Positions 47,129-57,132 of a DNA stretch of 64,000 nt are shown here, piece after piece (position 1 is the stretch's first letter; each line of letters begins with the position of its first letter). Made by a program: the position numbers and the translations under genes. The notes under the pieces are model-generated. The model worked only from the letters and a program-made list of their open reading frames with translations. It was not told the origin of the DNA and made no database searches. The stretch spans positions 23,476 to 87,475 of the forward strand of contig JABIFX010000077.1 of NCBI GenBank assembly GCA_018650445.1, read 5' to 3'. Source of the stretch: Fidelibacterota bacterium. GTDB lineage: Bacteria > Fidelibacterota > UBA8477 > JABMPR01.

Positions 47129-48391
47129 ATGTCACTGCTACGTCAAGCATTCATGAAGTTCTGGAAGTTAGAATTATACTGGAAAGTGTTTATTGGAATG
47201 GGTGCAGGAATTATCTATGCCTTATTAATGGGTGAGAAAGCAATGAACGTTGCTCCCTTGGGTGATATGTTCATGCGTTTGCTGAAAATGGTCATCGTGC
47301 CTCTTATTTTCTTTTCCATCACATCTGGTGTTGCCGGCATTGGTGAAAATAAAAGTCTGGGCCGTTTGGGAGCGAAAACCTTCGGCTACTACTTCCTCAC
47401 CTCTATGTTGGCCATCCTCATTGGTTTAACACTGACCAATATTATTCAACCTGGCGTTGGTGTGGATATAAACGCAGGTGGCAAGGACTTTGATCCATCC
47501 AGTTTAAGCCAACCTGGAAGTCTGGGTAACATACTGATTCGCATGATTCCTACGAATCCTATAGCTGCTGCTGCACAGGGTGATGTTCTCTCAGTTATCT
47601 TTTTCTCAATCGTCCTGGGAATGGCCATCACAGTCCTGCCTGAGAAACAATACAAAATGATGCATGAGCTCTTTAATACCTTTTTCAAGGTCATGATGAA
47701 AATGACTCAGGGTGTGATCCTCTTTCTGCCCATTGGTGTATTTGGCTTGATTGCTAAGGCTGTTGCCAGCACAGGATTCACCCTATTCAAGGCTGTGGGC
47801 TGGTACATGGTGACTATTGCCTCTGGTTTAACTATTCACATTTTTATTGTACTACCAATTGTTTTCTATCTTTTCACAAAGATCAATCCCCTAAAACATT
47901 TTAAAGCTATTGCCTCTGCTATGGCGGCCGCTTTTTCAACCAGCTCATCAGGAGCCACCCTGCCAGTAACCATGGATTGTATCGAGAATCGGGCCGGTGT
48001 CTCAAACAAAGTGACCAGCTTTGTGCTTCCACTGGGCGCGACCATCAATATGGATGGTACCGCTTTATACGAATGTGCTGGGGTTCTCTTTATTTCCCAG
48101 GCACTTGGTTTTGATCTTAGTTTTACCCAACAACTGCTCATTGTTATCACAGCTTTTCTGGCATCAGTAGGAGCAGCGGCTATTCCATCTGCAGGTTTGG
48201 TTATGATATTTATTGTTTTGGATGCTGTGGGACTGGGGAATCATCCTCAGGCAGCCATTATTGTTGGAACCATGCTGGCCGTTGATCGTCCCCTCGATAT
48301 GTTTCGCACTGTAGTCAATATAACCAGTGACACAATGGGTGCGGTTATTGTAGCAAAATCTGAGGGAGAGGAAGTTCTGACCAAGGTCTAG
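47129..48391 (+). CDS. Dicarboxylate/amino acid:cation symporter (DAACS family, GltP/DctA-like)
   Basis: 420 aa with a DAACS pattern (…PLGATINMDGTALYECAGVLFISQA…). Confidence 0.88.
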   Translation: MSLLRQAFMKFWKLELYWKVFIGMGAGIIYALLMGEKAMNVAPLGDMFMRLLKMVIVPLIFFSITSGVAGIGENKSLGRLGAKTFGYYFLTSMLAILIGLTLTNIIQPGVGVDINAGGKDFDPSSLSQPGSLGNILIRMIPTNPIAAAAQGDVLSVIFFSIVLGMAITVLPEKQYKMMHELFNTFFKVMMKMTQGVILFLPIGVFGLIAKAVASTGFTLFKAVGWYMVTIASGLTIHIFIVLPIVFYLFTKINPLKHFKAIASAMAAAFSTSSSGATLPVTMDCIENRAGVSNKVTSFVLPLGATINMDGTALYECAGVLFISQALGFDLSFTQQLLIVITAFLASVGAAAIPSAGLVMIFIVLDAVGLGNHPQAAIIVGTMLAVDRPLDMFRTVVNITSDTMGAVIVAKSEGEEVLTKV

Positions 48392-48729
48392 CAATTTACT
48401 CAGCTCATGACCTTTCAGCCTCGCAGAAGGGTCTAAATTGCCTTTATTCACATCAAATTCGATAGCTCTAGGACTTGACCGGCTCTAGAGCTAAATTTGG
48501 CGCATTGGGGGAATATTTTGGTGCTTTTTCTATATTTGACTGCAACGATGCTCAGCATTTTTTGAACGAGAACTTACCAACGGGAACCCAACTCCTTGCT
48601 GCTAAGGCAGGCCTTTCCCTCCCCCCAGGGATCAAGGAAGTCTGATCTTTAAGGGCGGTGCCCACCGTGAATAAACACGGTTCAAAAATGCTACATTGTT
48701 GCAGTTTCTTTTATTTCAGAGAATACTAA

Positions 48730-50649
48730 TTAATCCAAATTAAAGATTTCGATGGCTTCCACTGACTCAGCCGGTTCGATTCCAAATATCTGAGTATAAA
48801 AATAGTATTCACTTTCGATAGCTTTGATCACAGTCGTGGATTGTCTGAAACCATGAGACTCCCCCTCAAAGGGTAGGTAAGCAACTGGAATTCCATTTCG
48901 CTTGAGGGCAGCCACCATGCTCTCTGCCTGGTTCGGTGGGACAACAGGATCATCCAAACCCTGCATAAAGATGACAGGACAGTCTAACTGATCAGCAAAA
49001 TTCAGGGGTGATCGGTCGATATAGAGCTGCTTATCCTCTGGATAAGGTCCCACCATGCTGTCCAGATAGCGACTTTCAAATTTGTGTGTATCCTGGGCCA
49101 GCAAAGTAAGATCACCAACACCATAATAGCTGGCTCCAGCTTTGAATACATCCATGAAGGTTAAAGCAGCCAAGGTGGTGTATCCACCAGCACTTCCGCC
49201 CTTGATAATAAATCTTTCACGGTCTGCCAGCCCCTCATCTGCCAGATAATTGGCTGCTGCGGCACAATCCTGGACATCTCGAATCCCCCATTTCCCTTTG
49301 AGTCGCTCACGGTATTTCCGACCATAGCCTGTGGAGCCACTGTAGTTCACATCCAGGATGGCAAAACCACGCGTTGTCCAGTATTGGATCGCCAGACTGA
49401 AGGCACCTGAACTATTTCCCGTGGGTCCACCATGGCTTAAAACTATAAGTGGAGGTAGATTTCCTGCAGGTGCTGCGTAGTCAGGATTTTTGGGAGGATA
49501 ATACCAGGCATGGGTCAATTCGTCAGGAGCAGTTTCAAAGCTTATATGTTGAGCGCTGGAAATATAGGTAGCACGAATATCAGTTTCAGCCGCCCTCTGA
49601 AGGGTTTGTGAGGTTTTGGCAGCTAGATTCATCGCTACCACTTCACCTGGTTGGGAGTCTGTATGACCAATAAATGCGATGTTGTTTTTTGATCCCCTGA
49701 CCTGATCAATCGTGCTGAAACTGGTTTTGATTTCCTCCGATGAACCCGAATCTACATCTATTCTTATCAGATGTGAGCCCGTCATATCTGAATAGGTAGC
49801 CACAAGATCACCAGAATTGAGTACGGTATAGTTGCTCATGCCAAAGACCCATTGAGGAAGTCCAAATTCCGCCTCTTTCTCAAGAACACACGTAATATGG
49901 GCTTCTGAATAGTGATATATATTCCACCACCCATTGCGATCAGAAACAAAGTAAATACTTCCATTGGGATCCCAGAGAGGCTGAAAAATGGATTCGTATT
50001 TTCCGCCTGCAATATCCTGCATCTTATCAATACTGCCCTCCTCGTTCAATTCAGCCAGTATAAGTTGAGTCCCGTCCCAGGGCATGTTGGGGTGGTCCCA
50101 GGTCAGGAAAAGGAGTTGGTTTCCATCTGGACTGAGCTGGGGATTGGAGTAGAAATCATGTCCTTCTGCAATGATTTCCAATTCGCCTGTGGCTAAAGAG
50201 ATGCTTATGAGGTAATTCTCAATATTCTGGGGATCAGAATGATCCTCCCCTACGGCAAAGAGCAATCCTCTATGCTGATCCAGAACCATATCTGCAAACC
50301 GATATTTAGATTGGTGGGTAACCTGTTTGGCTTCACCCTTTTCCATAACTTCATATATCTGTTGATCAGAGTTATTAATATAGAAGCAACGATCATCAGC
50401 GCAGAGAAATGCTCCTCCCCCATACTCATGGGTGCGGGTTCGGACATCGCTTTGAGAGGATGCGATCTCTCTAATATCTCCACCAGACCAAACCATGAGA
50501 GCAGTACGCCCTTTCTCAGCAGGTCGTCCCTCCGTCCAGTAGACGGATCCGTCATCAATTTGGATTTGCCCCAACCGTAAGCTACTCTGTACCAGTGACT
50601 TTCCAGAAATGGGAGATTTCCAGGATCCATAGGGTTTGCTTATCATCAT
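48730..50649 (-). CDS. S9-family serine peptidase (prolyl oligopeptidase / acylaminoacyl-peptidase type) with an N-terminal beta-propeller
   Basis: Nucleophile motif GGSAGGY, C-terminal catalytic Asp/His regions and an N-terminal propeller-like repeat region. Confidence 0.85.
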   Translation of the reverse strand: MMISKPYGSWKSPISGKSLVQSSLRLGQIQIDDGSVYWTEGRPAEKGRTALMVWSGGDIREIASSQSDVRTRTHEYGGGAFLCADDRCFYINNSDQQIYEVMEKGEAKQVTHQSKYRFADMVLDQHRGLLFAVGEDHSDPQNIENYLISISLATGELEIIAEGHDFYSNPQLSPDGNQLLFLTWDHPNMPWDGTQLILAELNEEGSIDKMQDIAGGKYESIFQPLWDPNGSIYFVSDRNGWWNIYHYSEAHITCVLEKEAEFGLPQWVFGMSNYTVLNSGDLVATYSDMTGSHLIRIDVDSGSSEEIKTSFSTIDQVRGSKNNIAFIGHTDSQPGEVVAMNLAAKTSQTLQRAAETDIRATYISSAQHISFETAPDELTHAWYYPPKNPDYAAPAGNLPPLIVLSHGGPTGNSSGAFSLAIQYWTTRGFAILDVNYSGSTGYGRKYRERLKGKWGIRDVQDCAAAANYLADEGLADRERFIIKGGSAGGYTTLAALTFMDVFKAGASYYGVGDLTLLAQDTHKFESRYLDSMVGPYPEDKQLYIDRSPLNFADQLDCPVIFMQGLDDPVVPPNQAESMVAALKRNGIPVAYLPFEGESHGFRQSTTVIKAIESEYYFYTQIFGIEPAESVEAIEIFNLD

Positions 50650-52139
50650 TGTATACCTTTATAGTCTGAACATTGATAAATATCGATTTTCCGAACCAAT
50701 TTTCCGAAGTTCTCAATCCTGATGGTCCTCAGCTTTTTCACATCCGCGAAATAGGGTATGATTTTTTTTGATTTAAAACGGTATTCGCGACGATCATCCA
50801 CCACCAGCAAACCGGTTCTCCCCTTGAGCACTTCTTCTTTGGGCCAGATGTCGAATTGGAGTGCATGCTTTCCGATTATATCCTGGGCATAGGTTCTGGG
50901 TTGATCTGGTAGATAGAATTTCAACAGTGAGCTCGCCTTGTAGTTGGTACTGAAGATGAAGGGATATTCGCCTTCGTTTCTCAGCGAATCCTGCAAGGTC
51001 TTGGCATCCTGAGCAGCTTGCTTCCACCCGCTCCAGGTATTCCCCTCTCCCAGAGGTACATTTGGGATAGCGACGACGGAGATACCAATACCTAGAAATA
51101 TGAGTGAAGAGAAAATGCCCATTCGCATGCGATTGAATCTATTTGAAGATTGAAAAAGATGATATACACCTAGAATAATGAGGGACCAATATGCAGGAGC
51201 CAACCAATTCATTTTAACCAGACTACGGAAGCTCACAGCAATAAAGAAAACTGAGGTGACCAAACCACTGCTGAGGAGAAGCAAGAGCTTGTCCTCCAGA
51301 TCCGTGAAGAGTTTACGACCATATCGAATCAAGGTGGCAAACACGACGACAAACAAATATGGGGATAAAATGAAAAACTGTGACCCCAACAGCTCTCCAA
51401 AATGTTTCACCTTCCAGTGTCCCATCCCTGAAGCACGCTGAGAACCCTGAAATGCAAAGGATATCCAATCATGTTGCACATTCCAGATCAGTACGGGTGA
51501 GAACACCAGAATTGACAGAAGTACTCCCAGATAAGGATGTGGTGTGAGTAACCACTTCCTTTGATTCTTGGAGACGATAGTAAAAAGAAGAACCGAGGGT
51601 ACCAGCATGATCCCTGAATATTTTCCCAACCAGGCCAGTCCCATAAACAGACCCGCTACATACCACCATTTAGGATGTTCGGTCTGAACCAGCTTCCACA
51701 GCGCATAAATCGTGGCGGTCCAGCAAAAGAGCAGTGGTGTATCAGGTGTGATGACAAATCCATAGAGTTCGAAAACAATAGATGCATTGAGGGCCAGCAA
51801 AGTCCAGAAAGATTGGCGTGAATTGTCAAACATTTCCTGAATCATGGTTGCCCAGATGATGTTCATACCCAGATACCAGAGCACTGCAGCCAGTTTGATT
51901 CCAAATATGGTCTGGCCAAAAATCAAGGTAGTGAACCAGATACTATAACTTGCCAGAGGGGGATGATCAAAGTAGGATAAAGCCAGATCTCTACTCCAGC
52001 TCCAATAATAGGCTTCCTGAGGCGTCAAGGGCAGGATGAGGGCGAGGAACAAGCGAAAGAGTGTAAATCCCAGAATAACCTTCCAGGCGCTTACCGAAAT
52101 TCCTAAATAGCTTTGGTTTAAAGTGATCTTGTCGGACAT
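50646..52139 (-). CDS. Glycosyltransferase family 39 (ArnT/PMT-like, dolichyl-/undecaprenyl-phosphate-sugar transferase)
   Basis: N-terminal sequence LALILPLTPQEAYYWSWSRDLALSYFDHPPL (DE motif) and a polytopic membrane domain. The stop overlaps the S9 peptidase start. Confidence 0.8.
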   Translation of the reverse strand: MSDKITLNQSYLGISVSAWKVILGFTLFRLFLALILPLTPQEAYYWSWSRDLALSYFDHPPLASYSIWFTTLIFGQTIFGIKLAAVLWYLGMNIIWATMIQEMFDNSRQSFWTLLALNASIVFELYGFVITPDTPLLFCWTATIYALWKLVQTEHPKWWYVAGLFMGLAWLGKYSGIMLVPSVLLFTIVSKNQRKWLLTPHPYLGVLLSILVFSPVLIWNVQHDWISFAFQGSQRASGMGHWKVKHFGELLGSQFFILSPYLFVVVFATLIRYGRKLFTDLEDKLLLLLSSGLVTSVFFIAVSFRSLVKMNWLAPAYWSLIILGVYHLFQSSNRFNRMRMGIFSSLIFLGIGISVVAIPNVPLGEGNTWSGWKQAAQDAKTLQDSLRNEGEYPFIFSTNYKASSLLKFYLPDQPRTYAQDIIGKHALQFDIWPKEEVLKGRTGLLVVDDRREYRFKSKKIIPYFADVKKLRTIRIENFGKLVRKIDIYQCSDYKGIQ

Positions 52140-52278
52140 GGAACGATTCCTATTCTACTCTGGATTGGGTTCAGGCTGGAAGATAGGAATACCAATTCGT
52201 ATGTCGACTGATATTGTTTTTAGAGTGGTAAAAAGAAGGGATATGCTAGCTATCCCCTGGCAGTCAATTCAAAGTGAT

Positions 52279-52575
52279 TTAATCGCGACCACTATTGTAT
52301 TTCAGACGCTCTACGACGATGTTGCGCTCAGGTTTACCCTTATAGGCTTCTTGAGAAACAATGTCCTTGCGACCAGGATAGCCCGCTTTCGATAGGGTTG
52401 TCAATTGATCTTCATCTTCATCGTTGGGACAAAAGGCACAGGATTCTCCCTCCCCATCTAGTTCATGGGTAGCAGCGCAGGAACTGTGGACTTTATTTTC
52501 CCCGGTGAGAATCAGAGCAATACTCATGATGAGCATGGCGCCACCAATGATACCAATTGTTAAGAGGAGCAGCAT
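52279..52575 (-). CDS. Small membrane protein with a Cys cluster (NqrM/DUF539-like?), hypothetical
   Basis: One TM segment then SSCAATHELDGEGESCAFCP. The start overlaps the yciH stop by 4 bp. Confidence 0.5.
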   Translation of the reverse strand: MLLLLTIGIIGGAMLIMSIALILTGENKVHSSCAATHELDGEGESCAFCPNDEDEDQLTTLSKAGYPGRKDIVSQEAYKGKPERNIVVERLKYNSGRD

Positions 52576-52577
52576 CG

Positions 52578-52892
52578 TTAACCTTTCACTTCGTAACCTT
52601 CATCACTCAAGTATACACGAAATCGATCACGATGTTCACCCTGAATTTCGATTTTCTCATTTTTTGTCGTCCCGCCGGCACTTACGAGGTTTTTTAACTG
52701 TTTTGCCAACGCCTTCATATCAGGGACACCTTCCATATCATATAAAATAGTGGTTGGCTTGCCTTTGCGCTTTTCCATACGCAACCGTACAATCCTATTG
52801 CCACTCACCCGTCTGCTTGATGAGTGATCCTGGGCTGCATTAAAGGTCCACCCTTCGCCGACACTAATCCTATTTGATTTCTTACGACTCAT
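52578..52892 (-). CDS. yciH: Translation initiation factor SUI1/eIF1 homologue (YciH)
   Basis: SUI1 pattern KGKPTTILYDMEG...LAKQLKNLVSAGGTTKNEKIEIQGEHRDR. Confidence 0.8.
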   Translation of the reverse strand: MSRKKSNRISVGEGWTFNAAQDHSSSRRVSGNRIVRLRMEKRKGKPTTILYDMEGVPDMKALAKQLKNLVSAGGTTKNEKIEIQGEHRDRFRVYLSDEGYEVKG

Positions 52893-52920
52893 ACGCGCAT
52901 AATCTATTACTGACCAGTCT

Positions 52921-52961
52921 GATTAAAACAAAAAGGTCCCGAATGCATGCAGACAGGACCT
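52921..52961 (-). terminator. Intrinsic terminator after the COG2403-like gene (aggtcc...ggacct stem followed on the minus strand by ttttgtttt)
   Basis: The sequence aaaacaaaaaggtcccgaatgcatgcagacaggacct; a 6-bp stem. Confidence 0.5.
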
Positions 52962-52993
52962 CTTCAATCTAACATGTGGCTCGTAGCCAGTCG

Positions 52994-54346
52994 TTAGAGA
53001 CTCTTTTTGACTGCCTCTTCCATTTCCTTGAGAACTTCAGTATTCAGGACGGAAGCCAGGGTGGGCATTCCAATTTCCTGCAGCTTGTAAGTCACTCGGA
53101 CAGAGGGTTTCTCAATATTGATGATGCGTCGCAAGTCAATTGGTGTTCCAATGATCACGGCTTCACATTCAGATTTATTGATAGTGGTTTCAAGATCTTT
53201 CATCTGCTCATCACCATATCCCATAGCTGGTAAAATCTGACCAATATCTGGATATTTTTCGAAGGTTTCTGAAAGTTTACCCACAGTCCAGGGTCTGGGA
53301 TCGACCAGACTCTCTGCACCATATTTCTCAGCAGCAACCACACCAGCTCCATATTGCATCTCACCATGGGTCAAAGTTGGGCCATCTTCAACGACCAATA
53401 CCTTTTTCCCATAAATAACTTCTTCATCATCAACAGAAACAGGTGATGCAGCATCAATCACAATGGCTTCAGGATTGACGATACGGATATTCTCACGTAC
53501 CGTGGCAATGTCATCAATATCAGCAGTATCAATCTTATTGATAACGACAACATCAGCCATGAGCAGGTTGGTTTCACCGGGATAGTAGGTCAATTCGTGA
53601 CCAGCTCTATGGGGATCCACTACAGTTATCATGATATCTGGCATATAGAATGGCATATCATTGTTACCACCATCCCAGATGATAATATCAGCTTCTTTTT
53701 CTGCTTCTCGTAGAATGGCTTCGTAATCAACGCCGGCATAGACGACTGTATCATTCATGATGTGTGGTTCATATTCTTCCATCTCTTCAATGGTACAATC
53801 ATGTTTTTTGAGATCAGCCAGCTCAGCAAAGCGCTGCACTTTCTGTTTTACAAGATCACCATATGGCATGGGGTGACGGATAGCGACCACTTTTTTACCT
53901 TGGGCTGTGAGATGATCACAGACTGCACGTGTAGTCTGGCTTTTACCACAGCCTGTACGAGCTGCACAAATAGCAATCACAGGTTTGGTGCTGGGAATCA
54001 TAGTTGATTTGGCACCCATGAGACGAAAATCTGCACCGGCATAATTCACGATAGCAGCTTTTGACATGACATAGTCGTATGGAAGATCACTATAGGAAAA
54101 AACAACTTCATCTACATCAAGATCGTAAATAAGGTCTTCCAGTTCTTCTTCGTCGTGTATAGAAATGCCTTCAGGATAGAGGCTTCCAGCTAATTCTGCT
54201 GGGTATTTTCTGCCATCAATATCTGGAATTTGTGTGGCCGTGAAAGCAACCACATCATAGGCTTCGTTGTCCCGGAAAAAAACATTAAAATTATGAAAAT
54301 CGCGCCCAGCCGCGCCCATGATCAATACTTTCATTCGATCGCTCAT
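52994..54346 (-). CDS. P-loop protein of the COG2403 / cyclic 2,3-diphosphoglycerate synthetase-like family (predicted GTPase/ATPase)
   Basis: N-terminal LIMGAAGRDFHNFN, Walker A ARTGCGKSQTT, and 450 aa in length match that family as I recall it. Tentative. Confidence 0.5.
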   Translation of the reverse strand: MSDRMKVLIMGAAGRDFHNFNVFFRDNEAYDVVAFTATQIPDIDGRKYPAELAGSLYPEGISIHDEEELEDLIYDLDVDEVVFSYSDLPYDYVMSKAAIVNYAGADFRLMGAKSTMIPSTKPVIAICAARTGCGKSQTTRAVCDHLTAQGKKVVAIRHPMPYGDLVKQKVQRFAELADLKKHDCTIEEMEEYEPHIMNDTVVYAGVDYEAILREAEKEADIIIWDGGNNDMPFYMPDIMITVVDPHRAGHELTYYPGETNLLMADVVVINKIDTADIDDIATVRENIRIVNPEAIVIDAASPVSVDDEEVIYGKKVLVVEDGPTLTHGEMQYGAGVVAAEKYGAESLVDPRPWTVGKLSETFEKYPDIGQILPAMGYGDEQMKDLETTINKSECEAVIIGTPIDLRRIINIEKPSVRVTYKLQEIGMPTLASVLNTEVLKEMEEAVKKSL

Positions 54347-54518
54347 TGTATCTCCTTTATGTAATTATTTCTAAATTAAAACAAAATCGTCAACACGAAT
54401 CAATGCAAATTTCCAGCCAATGAAGGCAAGATTGTAATGCAAATATTATAATCTTATTTATAAATATGTATAGAGAATGTTAGGCTTAATTAAGACCATC
54501 CATTCTTAAAACAACTAT

Positions 54519-55571
54519 TTAGTAATTGTCTTTGCTACCTGGAACGTTGGGGAACAAGTCTCCTTCTTCGCGATATGCGAAGTTCGCCAACTCTGGATCC
54601 TTTTCCAACTCAGTGATAATTTTTGAAATTTCACCTTCCATATAGGCAAATTCCATATGACGGTAGAGACGTTTCCGATATTCTGAGGCACCAGGAAAGC
54701 CTTTGAGGTACCAGCTAAGGTGTTTCTTGATATAATTGGTTGCCCGATAATCACCCATAGTCACTGCTTCCAGGTATAAATGACGATGACATAATTTCAC
54801 ACGGTCAATCAGCCGTACTGCCTCAGGTAGAATTCCAGTATCGAGGTAGTCATTGATCTCTCGGAATATCCATGGATTTCCCAGGGCTCTCCGACCAATC
54901 ATGACACCATCACAACCCGTTTCATCAATCATACGTTTGGCATCCGCCGCACTTTTGATATCCCCATTCCCGATGAGAGGAATACTTATGGACTTTCGCG
55001 TTTCAGCAATCAAGCTCCAATCCGCTTCACCTGTGTACAGCTGCTTGGTGGTTCGGGGGTGCAAAGTGAGCGCCTTAATTCCGGCTGCTTCCAGGGCAGC
55101 GGCAGCCACAGGGGCAACTATGCAGCCATTGTTCCATCCTGAACGAATTTTTGCTGTCACAGGGATTGAAACTGCTTCCACAACGGCTCTGGCAACATCA
55201 TCCATAAGGGGTAGATCTTTGAGGATGGCTGATCCCGCTCCTCTTTTGGTAACCTTTGGAACAGGGCAACCAAAATTCAGATCAATGAGATCGGGTTTGA
55301 CAACGTCTTCTATATATTTGGCACTCTGGGCCAGGACTTCAGGAGTTTCACCAAAAATCTGAACTCCGATGGGTCGTTCAGATTCCGTGAATTTCATCAT
55401 CTCCAATGTCTTCTGATTCTCGCGGATGATGCCATTGGCAGATACAAATTCAGTATAGACCAGACCGGCGCCCTGTTCTTTGCATAGTACCCTAAAGGGG
55501 TGACCTGTCACACCGGCCATGGGAGCCAGCAGAGCTTTCGATTTCAATTCTATAGGTCCAATCTTAAACAT
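54519..55571 (-). CDS. dusB: tRNA-dihydrouridine synthase (Dus family)
   Basis: FMN TIM-barrel motifs LAPMAGVTGHPFR and DLNFGCP with catalytic Cys, plus a C-terminal helical domain. Confidence 0.85.
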   Translation of the reverse strand: MFKIGPIELKSKALLAPMAGVTGHPFRVLCKEQGAGLVYTEFVSANGIIRENQKTLEMMKFTESERPIGVQIFGETPEVLAQSAKYIEDVVKPDLIDLNFGCPVPKVTKRGAGSAILKDLPLMDDVARAVVEAVSIPVTAKIRSGWNNGCIVAPVAAAALEAAGIKALTLHPRTTKQLYTGEADWSLIAETRKSISIPLIGNGDIKSAADAKRMIDETGCDGVMIGRRALGNPWIFREINDYLDTGILPEAVRLIDRVKLCHRHLYLEAVTMGDYRATNYIKKHLSWYLKGFPGASEYRKRLYRHMEFAYMEGEISKIITELEKDPELANFAYREEGDLFPNVPGSKDNY

Positions 55572-55649
55572 CTCAGAACATGTTATTCAGCAGGGTCGCT
55601 GACAACAAATAAATTTCAGTGATTCGCAGGGACGTATTGGTGAGAATTA

Positions 55650-57098
55650 TTAGAGCGAAAGTGGTTTAATAAATTCCTCTCCTCGGCTCAGGACTGATTC
55701 ATGGTCCTCCGGTATATGAAGCTTATTCAGCACATTTAGAGTGTACTCTCTCAACCTGCTTAACGCATCAGGTGAAAACTCAGTTTGCCACTGATTTAAT
55801 GAATAACCCGGCCAAATCTGGCTATGCTGTTCATGGACATCTCGGTACTGAGCCAGGGTAGCCTCAGACAGCAGAAAGCTTCCTCCAGGTCCCACTGAAT
55901 GGATATCTTTCAACGGATCGGTCTGGTCGTCCAACACAAAACCACCTGCAAATTGTCTGACCTGACGAATCACTTCATCTGCATAGACCACGGTGGTGGG
56001 TGAAAAGGCCTGAGAATCAAAATTACCTCCGACAAAAGGCGCCAGTCCAACCCTACCGATGGAATTGGTAAGATGGTTCATCCACAAGGTACCACTGGCT
56101 AATAGATCCGGTCCCCACCCGGTACCACTGCCAGAAGTTCCTGCGTGTGGAATGTGATAGTGATCCATCATCTCAGCACAGGCCAGGTTTACCAGCATGG
56201 TTTGAGATGTATATGCGGAAATCATATTCTGCATTTCAAAAACAGAAGGCAGGCTTCCTAAAATGATGGGTGTCCCAGGTTTAATTAATTGAGAGAAGAC
56301 CAGACCTGCTAATAATTCGGCATTGAGCATGACCAGGGTGCCCTCGGCACTGATAGGCGCTGTTGCTCCTGACATCCCATAACTGGAAAAAATGAAAGGT
56401 AGGTCACGATCAATGGTGGAAAACATCTTATCAGTAGTGTCCTCATTCAACACCAGAGGTGTAATTGGATTGAAATATGGGAGTACAAATGGATTTTCTG
56501 AGAGATCACCATGAATATGCTCCATCATGCTGAGCGCCAGGTCAAATTGTTTCGGCTCTGATATTAATATGCTCAATGGTTTGCTCGTATTGGCCATCAT
56601 CTCCAGGGTGGCTAGAACCTCACCCACCTGAGAATTGTCGTTTTGGATCACCCCGGGAGTCGAAATAAGATCAAATTGGGAAAGTGTATTGCCAAGCGCT
56701 GTGGCGAGCTCAACATGCTTCCGAGTAAAGGGGGTAGCAGAGTCATTGTGTGGATTCTGATACCAGGAGTTGGTCACACCGATCCCATAAATCGTTCCAG
56801 ATGGCTGATGCCCTCCCAAGGAGAAGGCCAGGCTTCTGTCTCTATTGTACATATTGATATTCGCAGGTGCAGAATGGATGGATTGCTCCACTATTTCACT
56901 TGGTATCTGTATAAGATTATCATCAATTGATACACCAAGTGTTTCAGAGAACACTGCTCTTGCGCGTTCTGAGTCTACCCGTATCCCAGTGTGGGACAGC
57001 ACTTTAAGGGAGTCCTGATGGACTTTTAGAATTTGGTCTTTATTAAGAACTGAAATCTTGGGCTGGATATTTTTCATATGCTCTAATCGTTGATTCAT
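55650..57098 (-). CDS. MttB-superfamily methyltransferase lacking pyrrolysine (quaternary-amine/glycine-betaine-type corrinoid or THF methyltransferase homologue)
   Basis: 482 aa with no in-frame TAG. Extended similarity to non-Pyl MttB/MtgB pattern (…ILKVHQDSLKVLSHTGIRV…; SGATAPISAEGTLVMLNAELLAGLVFSQLIKPGTPIILGS). Confidence 0.8.
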   Translation of the reverse strand: MNQRLEHMKNIQPKISVLNKDQILKVHQDSLKVLSHTGIRVDSERARAVFSETLGVSIDDNLIQIPSEIVEQSIHSAPANINMYNRDRSLAFSLGGHQPSGTIYGIGVTNSWYQNPHNDSATPFTRKHVELATALGNTLSQFDLISTPGVIQNDNSQVGEVLATLEMMANTSKPLSILISEPKQFDLALSMMEHIHGDLSENPFVLPYFNPITPLVLNEDTTDKMFSTIDRDLPFIFSSYGMSGATAPISAEGTLVMLNAELLAGLVFSQLIKPGTPIILGSLPSVFEMQNMISAYTSQTMLVNLACAEMMDHYHIPHAGTSGSGTGWGPDLLASGTLWMNHLTNSIGRVGLAPFVGGNFDSQAFSPTTVVYADEVIRQVRQFAGGFVLDDQTDPLKDIHSVGPGGSFLLSEATLAQYRDVHEQHSQIWPGYSLNQWQTEFSPDALSRLREYTLNVLNKLHIPEDHESVLSRGEEFIKPLSL

Positions 57099-57132
57099 CA
57101 GGTTGAATGGGATCTCAGCGATGAATTTATTT

